DNA of 64,000 nt, taken from NCBI GenBank assembly GCA_963793265.1, contig CAWBZI010000006.1, positions 832,001 to 896,000 of the forward strand, written 5' to 3'. Shown one piece after another: positions 40,262 through 52,456 of the stretch. The stretch comes from an uncultured cyanobacterium. GTDB lineage: Bacteria > Cyanobacteriota > Cyanobacteriia > Phormidesmidales > Phormidesmidaceae. Position 1 is the first letter of the stretch. The number at the start of each line of letters is the position of its first letter. Made by a program: the position numbers and the translations under genes. The notes below the pieces were generated by a model. It was given only the letters and a program-made list of their open reading frames with translations. It made no database searches and was not told the origin of the DNA.

Positions 40262-40669
40262 TTAACGCTTCGAGAACTGACCAGCTTTACGCGCCTTCTT
40301 CAAGCCGTACTTCTTACGCTCTTTCTGGCGAGGGTCACGCGTCAAGTACCCTTCAGTTTTCAAAGGCATCCGGTTATCAGGATCTAACTCACACAGAGCG
40401 CGAGCAACGCCCAGCTTGATAGAGTCAGCCTGACCCGTAAGGCCACCGCCACGTACGTTCACCAAAATGTCGTACTCACCTTCTAGGCCCAGCGTTTCTA
40501 AAGGCGCTTTGGCAGAAGTGATGTAGGCAGGATTATCTTGCAGGTAAAATTCGCCGGGCTTTTTGTTGATAGTCATTTTGCCGTTACCAGGCACCAGGCG
40601 CACTCTAGCGACTGATGACTTGCGGCGACCCGTGCCCCAATATACAGCGCGATCGGTTTGTTCAGCCAT
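40262..40669 (-). CDS. rpsI: 30S ribosomal protein S9
   Basis: [31 protein letters not shown]. Confidence 0.98.
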   Translation of the reverse strand: MAEQTDRAVYWGTGRRKSSVARVRLVPGNGKMTINKKPGEFYLQDNPAYITSAKAPLETLGLEGEYDILVNVRGGGLTGQADSIKLGVARALCELDPDNRMPLKTEGYLTRDPRQKERKKYGLKKARKAGQFSKR

Positions 40670-40672
40670 GGG

Positions 40673-41128
40673 TTATTTACCTCCGGGAGTAGTGTTTACG
40701 GTCATTGTTTTTGGGTTCTGAGACGAATGGGGATGCTCAGCGCCTGCATATACCTTGAGCTTAGTGAAGAGCTTACGGCCCATGGCATTTTTGGGCAGCA
40801 TTCCTTTGATTGCTTTTTCAACAATGCGCTCAGGAACGCGCGCTTGCAGTTGATTGAACGTTTCAGTCTTCATCCCGCCCGGACGGCCAGAGTGACGGCG
40901 ATATAGCTTTTGAGAGCTTTTGTTGCCGGTCACGACAATTTTGTCTGCGTTAATCACAACGACAAAATCGCCAACGTCCATGTGAGGGGCGTAGTTAGGC
41001 TTATTTTTGCCGCGTAGCACCTGCGCCACTTCGCTGGCGAATCGACCCAAACGCTGGTCAGCGGCATCTACCACATACCAATCGCGTTCGATTTCATTAA
41101 CAGGAGTAAGGGTAGTTTTCGTTGACAT
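40673..41128 (-). CDS. rplM: 50S ribosomal protein L13
   Basis: WYVVDA, LRGKNKP, KGMLPKN. Confidence 0.98.
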   Translation of the reverse strand: MSTKTTLTPVNEIERDWYVVDAADQRLGRFASEVAQVLRGKNKPNYAPHMDVGDFVVVINADKIVVTGNKSSQKLYRRHSGRPGGMKTETFNQLQARVPERIVEKAIKGMLPKNAMGRKLFTKLKVYAGAEHPHSSQNPKTMTVNTTPGGK

Positions 41129-41174
41129 AGCGGTTTCCGTAGGCTTCGTAAATCGATCTAAGGTGAAAGTGGAA

Positions 41175-42029
41175 CTAGAGTGAAAGTGAAAAGTGAGGTT
41201 GGGTATCGACCCATGCCTCGGGGGGAAAAGGGAAATTTGGGTAGCCCACTCGCAAAAGGCAAAGACCTTGAGGGGGGGCTGAATATTTTACCAAATCGCG
41301 GCGCTGATGTTGCCAAATAGCCGTAAATTCGTGAGGCGCTAGCTGCTCTTGGCCGACCTGCACAACCAACCCCATAATCAGCCGAACCATCCCGTACAAA
41401 AAGCCTTTCGCCTGAAGCTCGACCTCTACAAAATGACCTGACCGCTGACAGCTCACATCCTGCATTTCTACCCAGGAGTGAGAGCGATCTGAGCCTGCAC
41501 GGTGGAATGCGGCCAAATTATGATAACCCACCATGGGCTCAAGCGCTTTGCGCATTAGGCACTCGTCTAACAGCTGGTAGTAGTAGTGCCACACGTAGGG
41601 CGCAACAAATAGGTTGGGATAGCGGTTGGTGTAAAAGGTGTAGCGATAGCGTCGCCACTCTGCCGAGAACTGAGCGTGCCAGTCGCAATCAACCGCAGCA
41701 GAGGCTCGAATTACTACGTCATGCAGCAGCCGGTCGTTGAGGATAGCGGCCCAACGCTCGGCGGGAATGACCGTGGGCGCTTCAAAGTGGGCAGCTTGGG
41801 CGGCGGCATGAACCCCGGCGTCGGTTCGGCCCGCCCCTTGAAGGGTCGTTTGGTAGCCGAGAACAGAGGCGATCGCCTCTTCAATCTCAGCCTGCACCGT
41901 CCGCTCTTTTACCTGACGCTGCCACCCATGAAACTCAGTCCCCTGGTACTGAATTACCAAAGCAATCCGCTGAGTGCTTTGCTTATTTGGCGGCAACTTT
42001 GCCAACTGCTTAGCCGTATGGCTAGCCAT
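41175..42029 (-). CDS. truA: tRNA pseudouridine(38-40) synthase
   Basis: [33 protein letters not shown]. Confidence 0.97.
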   Translation of the reverse strand: MASHTAKQLAKLPPNKQSTQRIALVIQYQGTEFHGWQRQVKERTVQAEIEEAIASVLGYQTTLQGAGRTDAGVHAAAQAAHFEAPTVIPAERWAAILNDRLLHDVVIRASAAVDCDWHAQFSAEWRRYRYTFYTNRYPNLFVAPYVWHYYYQLLDECLMRKALEPMVGYHNLAAFHRAGSDRSHSWVEMQDVSCQRSGHFVEVELQAKGFLYGMVRLIMGLVVQVGQEQLAPHEFTAIWQHQRRDLVKYSAPPQGLCLLRVGYPNFPFPPEAWVDTQPHFSLSL

Positions 42030-42074
42030 TTGATCCTCTATCCTGCTGCAAGCTCACACCTTCCAAGCTTACGA

Positions 42075-42425
42075 TTAGGTCAGCTCAATAATCGCCATCC
42101 GCGCATTGTCACCGCGACGGCTAACCGTACGAACGATGCGAGTGTAGCCACCTTTACGGTCGGCGTAGCGCTCAGGCGCTTGGTCGAACAAAGCATGAAC
42201 GAGCTGCTTGTCGTAAATGTAGCCCATGGCCTTACGACGAGAAGCCAGTGAGCCGTCTTTTGCCAAACTCACCATACGGTCAGCTTCAGCGCGAATAGCT
42301 TTGGCGCGAACTTCAGTCGTTTTGATCCGACCGTTGCGAATTAGCTCAGTGGTGAGCGCTCTCATCAAGGCTTTGCGCTGGTCAGCGGCCTTGCCTAATT
42401 TGGGGGTACGACAACCGTGTCGCAT
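42075..42425 (-). CDS. rplQ: 50S ribosomal protein L17
   Basis: MRH, IKTT..RAK, GGYTRI, RRGD.A. Confidence 0.98.
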   Translation of the reverse strand: MRHGCRTPKLGKAADQRKALMRALTTELIRNGRIKTTEVRAKAIRAEADRMVSLAKDGSLASRRKAMGYIYDKQLVHALFDQAPERYADRKGGYTRIVRTVSRRGDNARMAIIELT

Positions 42426-42546
42426 TGTATTTCTCCTTTCCTAACTTTGTCTTTGAATATTTGTCTTGAGGTGTTCGTCTTGAGATGCTCAAGCAAACAG
42501 TTAAAAGCCCCTGATGAAAACCAGAGGCCCTTATCGTGACTAGCGG

Positions 42547-43491
42547 CTATGCAGACTTAGCCGGTTTCTCTAGCGGCAGCATAATGCCGAGATGAATCTG
42601 AAGCGCTTCAACCACTTCTTCAGCAGACTTTTGACCGAAATTCTTTATTTCGAGCAGGTCTTCCTGACTGTAGTCCAACAGATCTGAAACCGCGTTAATT
42701 TGCGCACGCTTCAAACAGTTGTAAGCACGAACCGATAGCTGCAATTCCTCAATAGGAATTTGATAGGTCGGATCTTCCTCTTTAGTATCTTCATCACGCT
42801 TAGGCTCAAGCGTGACATCCTTGAGCGGGTTGAACATATCAACCAGTAGCGCCGCTGCTTCACTCATAGACTGCTGAGCCGTGAGGCTACCGTTCGTCCA
42901 AATCTCCATGACCAGACGATCTTTGCGCTCGTTAGCAGCGTCTAAATAGTTCTCGACGCTGTAGTTAACCTTGCGCACCGGCATAAACACAGCGTCAATT
43001 TGCATGAAATCGACCCCGCCTGTTTCTTCTCGGCTGCGGTCAATGGCGCGATAGCCTTTGCCTTTCTCGATCCGAAATTCCATCTCTAGGGTATGGCCCG
43101 CAGACACGGAGGCGATGTACTGGTCAGTGCTAATCAGCTCTACCTCAGAAGGCAAATCAAAATTAGCAGCCGTTACCTTAGCTGGCCCCTGAACGACCAT
43201 GCGACCAATCTGAGGCTGGGTTGAATAGCTTTTCAACACCGTCTCTTTCATGTTCAGCAAAATGTCTAGCACGTCTTCACGGACGCCTGGGATTGTGGAG
43301 AACTCATGGCTCGCGCCCGCAATCCGTACAGACGTTACCGCTGTGCCTTCTAAGTTAGAGAGCAGCACACGGCGCAGGGCATTACCCACTGTCGTACCCT
43401 GGCTACGCTCTAAAGGCTCAATGACAAACCGGCTGTACTGGCTCTGGTCATTTTCAACAATGGACTCTACACAATCAACTTGAAATACCAT
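42547..43491 (-). CDS. rpoA: RNA polymerase alpha subunit
   Basis: GNALRRVLLS, HEFSTIPGVREDV, LSVRAYNCLKR, KNFGQKS. Confidence 0.98.
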   Translation of the reverse strand: MVFQVDCVESIVENDQSQYSRFVIEPLERSQGTTVGNALRRVLLSNLEGTAVTSVRIAGASHEFSTIPGVREDVLDILLNMKETVLKSYSTQPQIGRMVVQGPAKVTAANFDLPSEVELISTDQYIASVSAGHTLEMEFRIEKGKGYRAIDRSREETGGVDFMQIDAVFMPVRKVNYSVENYLDAANERKDRLVMEIWTNGSLTAQQSMSEAAALLVDMFNPLKDVTLEPKRDEDTKEEDPTYQIPIEELQLSVRAYNCLKRAQINAVSDLLDYSQEDLLEIKNFGQKSAEEVVEALQIHLGIMLPLEKPAKSA

Positions 43492-43531
43492 TCACTAACC
43501 TCTTTTGAGTGCTCACTAAATACTTGAAAGA

Positions 43532-43924
43532 TTAAACACGACGACGCTTAGGCGGACGGCAGCCGTTGTGAGGAATAGGCGTTACGTCACGAATAAGCGT
43601 AATTTCAAGACCGGCACCCTGTAGCGCACGTATGGCCGTTTCGCGTCCTGATCCTGGCCCACTCACCTGCACTTCACACTGACGCATTCCCTGGTCAATA
43701 GCCCTACGAGCAGCGCTATCAGCGGCAGTTTGGGCGGCAAAAGGCGTTCCTTTTTTAGCCCCTTTGAAGCCACTAGAACCGGCAGAGGCCCAGGAGACTG
43801 CATTACCCGTAGCGTCGGTAATGGTGACGATGGTGTTGTTGAAAGTGGACTGAATGTGAGCGACCCCGTTAGGGATGTTCTTTTTGGCCTTACGCGGCCC
43901 GGTCTTGCGAATGGGTTTTGCCAT
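43532..43924 (-). CDS. rpsK: 30S ribosomal protein S11
   Basis: [27 protein letters not shown]. Confidence 0.98.
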   Translation of the reverse strand: MAKPIRKTGPRKAKKNIPNGVAHIQSTFNNTIVTITDATGNAVSWASAGSSGFKGAKKGTPFAAQTAADSAARRAIDQGMRQCEVQVSGPGSGRETAIRALQGAGLEITLIRDVTPIPHNGCRPPKRRRV

Positions 43925-44203
43925 GTCTAGCTAATAAAGTTGAGGTGTTCTTAGGAATGAGCGTATACACAGGAGGTTTGCTATGGAAGGTTTGGCTGGG
44001 TGAGTCTTGTTCTGTCAGTTCAAAAACTATCAGTTCAAGGGGACTGAACCCGGATCGCTTGCCATCCAAAACGGGCTGGGCGATCGCCTACTAATTCCAC
44101 TGGAAAAACGCGAACCAAACCACTCTGAAATAAAAGAGCTTTTAGTACGCGCTTGCAGCAGCTATGTCCTGTTCTACTTGCTGCCTATCTGAAGAAAGAG
44201 CGG

Positions 44204-44584
44204 CTACTTACGTGGAGCCTTCTTCTTACCGGCAATCGTGCGCTTACCGCTACGACGAGTACGGCTGTTGGTGCGAGTGCGCTGGCCGCGAACGGGCAAA
44301 CCCACACGATGACGGCGACCGCGATAGCAGCCAATGTCCATCAGTCGCTTGATGTTCATATTCACCTGACGACGCAAATCACCTTCAATCAGGTAATCGC
44401 CTTCAACAGATGTTCTGAGCTTAATAATGTCGGCATCTTCAAGATCTTTAACGCGAACGTCAGGGTTGACGCCGGTTTTTTTGATGATTTGTTGAGCGCG
44501 ACTGAGGCCAATCCCGTAAATGTAAGTTAGGCCAATTTCAATCCGTTTGTCTCTTGGCAGGTCTACGCCCGCAATACGTGCCAC
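44204..44584 (-). CDS. rpsM: 30S ribosomal protein S13
   Basis: [27 protein letters not shown]. Confidence 0.98.
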   Translation of the reverse strand: MARIAGVDLPRDKRIEIGLTYIYGIGLSRAQQIIKKTGVNPDVRVKDLEDADIIKLRTSVEGDYLIEGDLRRQVNMNIKRLMDIGCYRGRRHRVGLPVRGQRTRTNSRTRRSGKRTIAGKKKAPRK

Positions 44585-44826
44585 TAAATGTTCTCCCTCG
44601 TTTGCTTTTGTTCGGCTCTTAGCTTGGGTGCTTGCTATGGCGTTGCTTGCTATAGCGGCGACAAGTGCGAACTGAAGTCTTGCTTAAGTTGTCTTGGTAA
44701 CTCGGTCTTGGAATGTCTTTGAATCAATCTTGAGATCGCAATATAATAGCGACCTTTGCTACTAACCCATGAGCCAACGGCTGAACTAACAGCTGCTGAA
44801 TCTAGAGGGTAAGTGCGTCATCTGGC

Positions 44827-44940
44827 TTAACCCTGGCGCTGTTTATGCTTGGGGTTAGTACAAATGACCATTACCCGGCCACGACGGCGGATAACACGAC
44901 ACTTTTCACACATTTTCTTTACAGAGGCGCGGACTTTCAT
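44827..44940 (-). CDS. rpmJ: 50S ribosomal protein L36 (zinc-binding type), not in the ORF track
   Basis: Hand translation [37 protein letters not shown]. Confidence 0.98.
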   Translation of the reverse strand: MKVRASVKKMCEKCRVIRRRGRVMVICTNPKHKQRQG

Positions 44941-44975
44941 GTCCCAAGGTGGTTGTTTTACTACACAGGTTTGCC

Positions 44976-45005
44976 ATCATAGCAAAGACATACACCATCG
45001 ATCAA
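44976..45005 (-). promoter_or_regulatory. Putative promoter of the rpmJ-rpsM-rpsK-rpoA unit
   Basis: Minus strand TTGATC, 18-nt spacer ending in TGC, then TATGAT, 35 nt before the rpmJ ATG. Confidence 0.55.
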
Positions 45006-45093
45006 CGAATGTGTCAATCTTTGGGGTATGCCTTTTTAAAATGGACTTTTTAGTGGGTTCGATTGGGCTGATTAGAACGATAGAGTGTCCTAA

Positions 45094-45501
45094 TTAAGCG
45101 CCTCTACGAAGCGCTGATTCAACTTGCTTAAACTCTTGCTCCAAGCGATCCTGTAGCTTTTGAGGAACGGGACGATTGGGATAAGAGCTGTAGTGACCAG
45201 CCAAAGCGTTTAGCGCAGTACGCATTGTTGCAAAAGAACTCAGGTTAGCGATATCAGCATCGCGACGGTAGCGAGAGGCGAAATCGTTGATTCTTTGCTT
45301 GGCGACGTTCTGCAGCTCTACTTTGTCAGGCGCGTCGGTAGGGAGTGCAATCGATTCTCTGAGTGAGTCAATCAGGGCGACCGTATCGTCAGCGTAGTTA
45401 CCAGTTAGACCATTGGCGGAGCCGCTAACTGCACTACAGCCAGTGAGGCCGATAACGGCGACCAGCATGAGAGCAAACATCCGAGACAATAAGCTTTTCA
45501 T
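45094..45501 (-). CDS. psb27: Photosystem II assembly lipoprotein Psb27
   Basis: Lipobox LTGC, LTGNY..DT, SF.TMRTALNALAGHYSSYPNRP; ATG at 45501. Confidence 0.95.
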   Translation of the reverse strand: MKSLLSRMFALMLVAVIGLTGCSAVSGSANGLTGNYADDTVALIDSLRESIALPTDAPDKVELQNVAKQRINDFASRYRRDADIANLSSFATMRTALNALAGHYSSYPNRPVPQKLQDRLEQEFKQVESALRRGA

Positions 45502-45635
45502 AGAAGTAATGAGGGTGCGAGCTAAGTTAAGTATCTTATCTGACTGAGGGGCAGTGCGAATAGTCCTTAAGGAAGGAGCGATCCCCACTGCCTATTTTCA
45601 CGGCCTATCTTTAAGGCAGAAAAAGCCAAGTCAGA

Positions 45636-47582
45636 TTAAGCCGGATAGATTCTCAACCGCCGGTTGGGCTCATCGCCAAAGCTCAGCGATTTGAGGCGGT
45701 AGTGTTCGGCTAGCTCGTGCTGCATTTTGCGAATTTTGGGTGATCGCGGCAACAGTTCCACCGGCTGACTTTTCGGAATCACAATCTGCTCTACCGCCAG
45801 CCGCGCTTCTTCTAGCGCCTCTAGCTCATCATCTGCACCGTTATGTGCAAACAAGTCCAGGTTAATGCCTTCAGCCGTTTCACCATCGTCATCTAGATCG
45901 AGCACTCGCCTAAGCGCACGGGTGATCTGTGGGATGCTGTTTGACTTGACGGTGTAGACCGGGATTTGCCGGGCCTGGGCGACCTGCTTGAGTTTGGAAT
46001 GATTTTTGATGTGCGATCGCAATGCCAAAACCGCATCCGCCGACCCCAAATCCTTCGTAAACTTCACCGGCATATCCAGCGTCCGCACCACATGATCAAG
46101 CTGCTGACGACTAATCCCGTAAGCATAGAGCCGTGTGATATTGCTCTCTTCTTCAAAATCGGGATTAATCGGCTGCGCAAGCTGATCGTTATTCAACGGC
46201 AGTTGTACAACCGTGTCATTCAACAGCGACTGCATCCGCTGCTGCTCGTCCCAAACCAAAGAAGGCCGACTCGCCCTTTTGCCAAAAGAATCAGATCCTA
46301 AAGGCGCAACCGGCGGCGTCATTTTGCCAGACGATCGCCAGCCGCCCGCACTGGGCCTGGTAGACTTCAGCTTTTCATGACTGAGCTGTCCCTTACGGTT
46401 CGCCCGCAGCGCAGGAGCCACCAGCCCCGACTGACTCGGCATTTCGTTAGTAACCACCAGCTTATTATCCGCACCGATTTCTCTCACCTGCTGACCCGGC
46501 ACCCGGCCCCGCAGCAAAAAGTCCACCGTATCGGACACGTCTTCGTGCACAACCCATCGCTGGCGCTCGTGCATCTCGACTGCAATATCAAAGGTCGGTG
46601 GAGCCTTACGTTCAAGCACACTCTTTTGACTACCACGTCTACGCGCTTCGTCGTCGCCTAGCGTGACCGACTGAATGCCACCGACTAAATCCGAAAGCGT
46701 CGGGTTCTTAATTAGGTTCTCTAATCGGTTACCGTGCGCCGTTCCGACCAGTTGCACACCGCGCTCGGCAATCGTCCGAGCGGCCAAAGCTTCTAACTCC
46801 GTACCAATCTCGTCAATCACAATCACTTCGGGCATGTGGTTTTCCACGGCCTCAATCATCACCTGATGCTGATTTTCAGGTTTTGCGACCTGCATCCGCC
46901 GGGCTCTACCAATCGCGGGGTGAGGAATATCGCCATCACCCGCAATTTCATTCGAGGTGTCGATAATGACTACTCGCTTCATCAAATCGTCGGCCAGCAC
47001 TCGCGCAATCTCTCGCAGCGCTGTCGTTTTACCCACGCCAGGCCGACCCAGCATCAAAATGGAGCCGCCCGTTTCCACCAAATCGCGAATCATGCCAATG
47101 GTGCCGAACACAGCCCGCCCGACCCGGCAGGTAAGGCCAATGACTTCGCCTGCTCGGTTGCGGATGGCGCTGATACGGTGCAGCGTTTTTTCGAGGCCCG
47201 CTCGGTTATCGCCGCCAAAGTGGCCGACGCGCTCTATGCAATGCTGCAAGTCGGCTTTAGAAACAGGGGTTTCAGAAAGGTACTCGACTGAATCTGAGAA
47301 TCGGGCCTCGGGCTGACGGCCAAAGTCGAGGATGACTTCGATCAGCTGATCGCGGCGCGGATGATTGTTGAGCTTTTCGCGGATGTATTCGGGTAGGACG
47401 GCCAGCAGTTCGGGCAGGTCGTCGGTGATTTCGGGCGGGGTGATCTGAACGATGGGGGACTTGGAATCGGTCGGCGTTTCTGTTGGTTTTTGGGAAGTAT
47501 CGTCAGATGTTTTGGTAGCAGTAGCCTTGGTTGGCTCTGATAAGGGACTACTTTCAAACAAGTCGTCTGCAAAACTCGACAT
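45636..47582 (-). CDS. ycf45: Ycf45-like SpoIIIAA-family AAA ATPase with R3H domain
   Basis: [21 protein letters not shown]-terminal RKMQH (R3H). Confidence 0.88.
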   Translation of the reverse strand: MSSFADDLFESSPLSEPTKATATKTSDDTSQKPTETPTDSKSPIVQITPPEITDDLPELLAVLPEYIREKLNNHPRRDQLIEVILDFGRQPEARFSDSVEYLSETPVSKADLQHCIERVGHFGGDNRAGLEKTLHRISAIRNRAGEVIGLTCRVGRAVFGTIGMIRDLVETGGSILMLGRPGVGKTTALREIARVLADDLMKRVVIIDTSNEIAGDGDIPHPAIGRARRMQVAKPENQHQVMIEAVENHMPEVIVIDEIGTELEALAARTIAERGVQLVGTAHGNRLENLIKNPTLSDLVGGIQSVTLGDDEARRRGSQKSVLERKAPPTFDIAVEMHERQRWVVHEDVSDTVDFLLRGRVPGQQVREIGADNKLVVTNEMPSQSGLVAPALRANRKGQLSHEKLKSTRPSAGGWRSSGKMTPPVAPLGSDSFGKRASRPSLVWDEQQRMQSLLNDTVVQLPLNNDQLAQPINPDFEEESNITRLYAYGISRQQLDHVVRTLDMPVKFTKDLGSADAVLALRSHIKNHSKLKQVAQARQIPVYTVKSNSIPQITRALRRVLDLDDDGETAEGINLDLFAHNGADDELEALEEARLAVEQIVIPKSQPVELLPRSPKIRKMQHELAEHYRLKSLSFGDEPNRRLRIYPA

Positions 47583-47669
47583 AGAGAACTGATTTACTAA
47601 CGAAAGAATAACGTTATTGAGGGGCTAGAGCCTGCATAGCGATCGCGCACAATAAGCTTGAACACGCTG

Positions 47670-48734
47670 CTACACCTGATTCTTGAGCGGCTTCACTAAT
47701 GACTCAGCGATCGCTACCGCCTCCCATAACGCGGGGGATACTTCTTCAAGATAAAGGGTTTGCTCTATGACTGACATTAATCTGTCGGTTAAAAGGTGCC
47801 TAGCGTAGCTGCCATAGGCGATCCCAGAGACAAATCTACGGTTTTCAACACCTCGATTTGGAGGCCCATTGAGCAAACCCAGCGCTCGAAGTTTTGGCAC
47901 GGTGTACTGGTTTGTACCACCCGCAAGCTGCACATAACCTGGAACGTCAGAGGCTAAAACCTTTTGCGCCAGGCGGATTGCAGCGTGAGTGGTGCCCTTT
48001 CCAATGTCACCGCTCATCGGACGACCGTCTGTCTGCCACATTACAATTAGGCGATTTCCTGCGGACATTCCAGCGAGTTGTTCTGCTGGATGTATCAATA
48101 TGTTACGCAAAGCGTGAAGATAGCCGATCAGGCCATCGCCATCAGGGCAGCTAACGGAAATTAGCTTGAGATGACCTGTCCAGGGCGAGATGGTTTGCCA
48201 AAGATCTTTGAATTCTGAATAGTGACCGACCTGGGTATGAATTTCTAGAGCGTCGGCCCCGGTGAGGACTTGCTGGGCGATCGCATCCAAGCTAGTCGGC
48301 TGTGACTTCGCCTCAATCAGGCCCAAAGGACAGACCGGCAAACACCTGCCGCAGCCATAGCAGCGATCGCTCACCACCCCACTCGCGTCTATCGCATCTG
48401 CTGGACAAATGCGCTCACAGGGCCGAGGGCAGTCAGCCGGGCACCGCCGCTCATCAAACCAAGCCTTTCTAAAGTGCGGATCTTCACCAGCACTCATACT
48501 CACCATCAGCCAGGGTCGTTTGAATGAGCGGCCTGATTGATTCGCAACTTTTTCAGCCGCATCCATTCCCGCTTTCGCTGCGGTCATCACCGCTGGATCG
48601 GCAGCGACATCAATGCAGTCTGCGCCTGCTAGGGAATAGGCGATCGCTAAACTTCTAATCGCCGGGAGGGCCTGATAGCTCGCGCCGCAAATCAGCTTAA
48701 ACCACGTCCCGGTTTGGAGTGAATGTTCAGACAA
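47670..48734 (-). CDS. ldpA: Light-dependent period protein LdpA (Fe-S protein)
   Basis: WFKLICGAS, CPADCPRPCERICP, CYGCGRCLPVCP, DGRPMSGDIG. Confidence 0.92.
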   Translation of the reverse strand: MSEHSLQTGTWFKLICGASYQALPAIRSLAIAYSLAGADCIDVAADPAVMTAAKAGMDAAEKVANQSGRSFKRPWLMVSMSAGEDPHFRKAWFDERRCPADCPRPCERICPADAIDASGVVSDRCYGCGRCLPVCPLGLIEAKSQPTSLDAIAQQVLTGADALEIHTQVGHYSEFKDLWQTISPWTGHLKLISVSCPDGDGLIGYLHALRNILIHPAEQLAGMSAGNRLIVMWQTDGRPMSGDIGKGTTHAAIRLAQKVLASDVPGYVQLAGGTNQYTVPKLRALGLLNGPPNRGVENRRFVSGIAYGSYARHLLTDRLMSVIEQTLYLEEVSPALWEAVAIAESLVKPLKNQV

Positions 48735-48737
48735 AGG

Positions 48738-49205
48738 CTAGGCAGCAAGTGCTTCTGTCAGTGGGAACCAGGTGAAGGCGCGATCACCGCCCAGCTCAAC
48801 CACCACTTTTACACGAGGCTCCAGCTTAGGCAGCGCCGTTAAGAAATCAAGCTCTTGGTTAGAAAGCACGTGGCCCTCGATTAGCCAGAGCACAAGCCCC
48901 TTTGACTGTGGTGCAAGGGATTCGAGGCGGTAGCTGATGATGGGTGGGATGTAGTAGCGATCACCCGTTGCAGAATCTTCCATATTCTTCTTGCCCAAGT
49001 GAGGCGGGCGTATGCCATGCGTATCTAATAAATAGGCCGACAAATCACCCAAGCCGCGCACCGTCATATGAGTAGACTCGTAACCGGCTGCGCGTGTGCG
49101 GCGACGATAGCGGCCCTCAAACCCACCTTCTAAAGGCATCCGTACGCCGAGCGCACCCGTTTTTTCGAGGTCACGAGTGAATTTGTTAAATGCGATCAGC
49201 GGCAT
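48738..49205 (-). CDS. ndhN: NDH-1 subunit N
   Basis: PLEGGFEGRY.RR, RGLGDL, RPPHLGK; divergent from rplC as usual in cyanobacteria. Confidence 0.95.
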   Translation of the reverse strand: MPLIAFNKFTRDLEKTGALGVRMPLEGGFEGRYRRRTRAAGYESTHMTVRGLGDLSAYLLDTHGIRPPHLGKKNMEDSATGDRYYIPPIISYRLESLAPQSKGLVLWLIEGHVLSNQELDFLTALPKLEPRVKVVVELGGDRAFTWFPLTEALAA

Positions 49206-49428
49206 AAGGAGTTCGGCATAGTAATAAAGACACCGTAATAGTACTTCAAAACCATAGAGGCAGTGAATAGTCCTTAAGAATCAATCATCCAAAAAAGCGG
49301 TCACTAGCAGGCTAGAGAAAGCAGCTACTTAAGGCGGTAAATCTACGGTATGATACGAACTCGCTACATATACGGCTGACTTGCCAAACTGCGTCTGCAA
49401 AAAAGTTCCTAAAAAAGCTTTTTAGCTG

Positions 49429-49456
49429 TAGACACAGCAAGAAAAACGTGTATGAT
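49429..49456 (+). promoter_or_regulatory. Putative promoter of the rplC operon
   Basis: TAGACA, 16-nt spacer, TATGAT; about 385 nt before rplC. Confidence 0.4.
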
Positions 49457-49841
49457 TATAGACCTGTCGCCAATCAAGCGGAAACTAGAGGAGTGCGAGC
49501 TTTCTTTGTAAGAGGAAAGTTTTTCATCAAGCTTTAAGCGTATCCTCCAAGTCTGAGGCGAAAAAGATAAGGCAAGTTTTGCAGCTCCTATGTGGCTTTG
49601 GCCCTTTAGTCGAGACTCCTAACACCAAAAGCCCTGTCGATTGTTTTCCAGTGTGATAAGCAAACGCGCTGCCATCACTCACGCCAAGAGTCCTTAAAAC
49701 AGCTCTTGGCACAAAAGTGTGTCAAGCGGTTTGCAACGAGCTGGTTTGTTCCCAGAACCTTTGCGAGTAGATGGCCCTTTGCATTTTCGGTGCACGGTCG
49801 TTGGTTTCCAAAGGCGCGTTATGAAGCGGAGTCGAGATTAA

Positions 49842-50483
49842 GTGTCTGTTGGGATTTTAGGTACCAAACTTGGTATGACCACGGTGTTTGACGAAACGGG
49901 GATTGCGATTCCTGTGACCGTCGTTCAAGCTGGGCCATGCACAGTGACGCAGGTAAAAACAGAAAAGACGGACGGCTATTCGTCTGTGCAAATTGGCTAC
50001 GGCGAAGTCAAGGAAAAGGCGCTAAATCGGCCTAAGCTCGGTCACCTCAAAAAGTCTGGCGCATCGCCGTTGCGTCACCTGCGCGAATATCGCGTGGGCG
50101 CTAAAGACGGTGAGTTTGAGATTGGTCAGTCGCTCGCTGCCGACCGATTTGAAGCCGGTCAGCTCATTGATGTGAGCGGCACCAGCATTGGTAAAGGCTT
50201 TGCCGGTAACCAAAAGCGGAATAACTTCCGCCGAGGTCCGATGTCTCACGGTTCTAAAAACCACAAGCAGCCTGGTTCTATTGGCCCTGGTACCACGCCC
50301 GGTCGTGTGTATCCCGGTAAGAAGATGGCTGGGCAGATGGGTAACGAGAGAGTGACAGTGCGGAAGTTGAGTGTGGTGAGGGTGGATAGCGATCGCAACC
50401 TCCTCCTCATCAAAGGCGGCGTCCCTGGCAAAAAGGGCTCTCTGCTCAGCATTACGCCTGCCACCATCGTTGGCCAGCAGTAA
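49842..50483 (+). CDS. rplC: 50S ribosomal protein L3
   Basis: [29 protein letters not shown]. Confidence 0.98.
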   Translation: MSVGILGTKLGMTTVFDETGIAIPVTVVQAGPCTVTQVKTEKTDGYSSVQIGYGEVKEKALNRPKLGHLKKSGASPLRHLREYRVGAKDGEFEIGQSLAADRFEAGQLIDVSGTSIGKGFAGNQKRNNFRRGPMSHGSKNHKQPGSIGPGTTPGRVYPGKKMAGQMGNERVTVRKLSVVRVDSDRNLLLIKGGVPGKKGSLLSITPATIVGQQ

Positions 50484-50552
50484 GCCAGCCGCAATAAGCC
50501 AGCAGATCAAGGCAGCAGCAAGTTTTAGGCGAAAAGACCAGCAAGGATAATC

Positions 50553-51185
50553 ATGGTTGATTGTGTAGTAAAAGATTGGCAGGGTACGGAAGCGGGCACA
50601 GCCACCGTAGACCTTAAAGTTGCCAGCGAAGAAAATGCAGCGCACATTGTCCACCGGGCACTCGTGCGCCAGATAAACAACGGTCGCCAGGGCAACGCCT
50701 CCTCCAAAACTCGCGCCGAAGTGCGCGGCGGCGGACGTAAGCCCTGGAGACAAAAAGGGACAGGCCGCGCCAGAGCCGGTTCTATTCGTTCTCCGTTATG
50801 GCGTGGCGGCGGCGTCATCTTTGGCCCCAAGCCCCGCGATTACACCACAAAAATGAACCGTAAAGAGCGCCGCTTAGCGCTCCGTACCGCGTTCCAGGGC
50901 TGTGCAGACAGCATGGTTGTCGTCAGCGACTTTGCCAGCGAGCTAGCTCAGCCAAAGACCAAAGAATTTATTGCCGCCCTTGGCCGTTGGGACATCGACA
51001 GCGAAAGCAAGATTTTGCTGATCACCGTCGATAAAGACGACACCGTTCACCGCTCTGTGCGCAACATCCCCAACGTGAAGCACATCACGGCAACGAGCCT
51101 GAACATTTACGACATTTTGAACGCCGAGAGCCTGATTGTCACGTCATCGGCCCTAGAGAAAATCCAGGAGGTATACGGTGAGTAA
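50553..51185 (+). CDS. rplD: 50S ribosomal protein L4
   Basis: [23 protein letters not shown]. Confidence 0.98.
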   Translation: MVDCVVKDWQGTEAGTATVDLKVASEENAAHIVHRALVRQINNGRQGNASSKTRAEVRGGGRKPWRQKGTGRARAGSIRSPLWRGGGVIFGPKPRDYTTKMNRKERRLALRTAFQGCADSMVVVSDFASELAQPKTKEFIAALGRWDIDSESKILLITVDKDDTVHRSVRNIPNVKHITATSLNIYDILNAESLIVTSSALEKIQEVYGE

Positions 51186-51483
51186 ACGATTACAAGAGAG
51201 CGAACTACCCGACATTATTCGCAAGCCTTTGATTACAGAGAAGGCAACCATCGCTTTAGAAGACAACCAGTACAGCTTTCAAGTTGCCCCTAAAGCCACT
51301 AAGCCTCAAATCATCTCCGCCATTGAGTCACTGTTTGACGTAAAAGTCACCGGCATCAGCACTCAAAACCCACCCCGTAAAAAGCGCCGGGTCGGTCAGT
51401 TCATCGGCTACCGCGCTGCTTACAAAAAAGCCGTGGTCACCTTAGCCGAAGGCGACTCCATCACCCTTTTCCCAGACGTTTAA
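51178..51483 (+). CDS. rplW: 50S ribosomal protein L23
   Basis: [14 protein letters not shown]. Confidence 0.97.
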   Translation: MSKRLQESELPDIIRKPLITEKATIALEDNQYSFQVAPKATKPQIISAIESLFDVKVTGISTQNPPRKKRRVGQFIGYRAAYKKAVVTLAEGDSITLFPDV

Positions 51484-51550
51484 GACAGTTTTTCACAAAC
51501 CTGTTTTGACCCCAGATCCCCAGAAGTAACCAAAGCGACGAAGTAAAGCC

Positions 51551-52414
51551 ATGGGCATTCGCTCTTACAGACCCCTAACTCCAGGTTCGCGCGAGCGCAC
51601 CGTCTCCGACTTTGCTGCCATCACGACAGACAAGCCTGAGAAGTCATTAACCTACTCGGTTCACCGTCCCAAAGGGCGCAACAACCGGGGCGTGATCACC
51701 TGTCGCCATCGCGGCGGCGGTCACAAGCGCCTCTACCGTCAAATCGACTTCAAGCGCGACAAGCGCAACATGCCCGCCAAAGTCGCCACCGTTGAGTACG
51801 ATCCCAACCGTAATGCTCGCATTGCACTGGTGAACTACCAGGACGGCGAAAAGCGCTACATCCTCCATCCCATCGGATTGGAAGTCGGCACCACCATCAT
51901 CGCCAGCGAAGACGCACCATTTGAAGTCGGCAACGCCCTACCGCTACACCGCATTCCGTTAGGTACGACCGTTCACAACGTCGAACTGATTGCAGGCAAA
52001 GGCGGTCAGATGGTTCGCGCAGCAGGCGCAGGCGCTCAGCTCGTGGCTAAAGAAGGTGGCTATGTCACCCTCAAGCTGCCTTCGAGTGAAGTGCGAATGG
52101 TTCGCCGCGAATGCTACGCCACCATCGGTCAAGTCGGTAACGTTGAGCACCGCAACCTTTCGCTAGGTAAAGCGGGCCGCAAGCGCTGGGCCGGTCGTCG
52201 CCCCGAAGTTCGCGGTAGTGTTATGAACCCTGTAGATCACCCACACGGCGGTGGTGAAGGTCGTGCGCCGATTGGTCGCAGTGGCCCGGTTACGCCTTGG
52301 GGTAAGCCAGCACTGGGTTACAAAACTCGCAAAAAGAAGAAAGGCAGCGATTCATTGATTGTGCGTCGTCGTCGTCGTTCGTCGAAACGCGGTCGTGGCG
52401 GTCGTAACGCATAG
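51551..52414 (+). CDS. rplB: 50S ribosomal protein L2
   Basis: [20 protein letters not shown]. Confidence 0.99.
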   Translation: MGIRSYRPLTPGSRERTVSDFAAITTDKPEKSLTYSVHRPKGRNNRGVITCRHRGGGHKRLYRQIDFKRDKRNMPAKVATVEYDPNRNARIALVNYQDGEKRYILHPIGLEVGTTIIASEDAPFEVGNALPLHRIPLGTTVHNVELIAGKGGQMVRAAGAGAQLVAKEGGYVTLKLPSSEVRMVRRECYATIGQVGNVEHRNLSLGKAGRKRWAGRRPEVRGSVMNPVDHPHGGGEGRAPIGRSGPVTPWGKPALGYKTRKKKKGSDSLIVRRRRRSSKRGRGGRNA

Positions 52415-52456
52415 TCTATTTCAGAATCTAAAGAGCAATCTAAAGAGGAAAACAAT

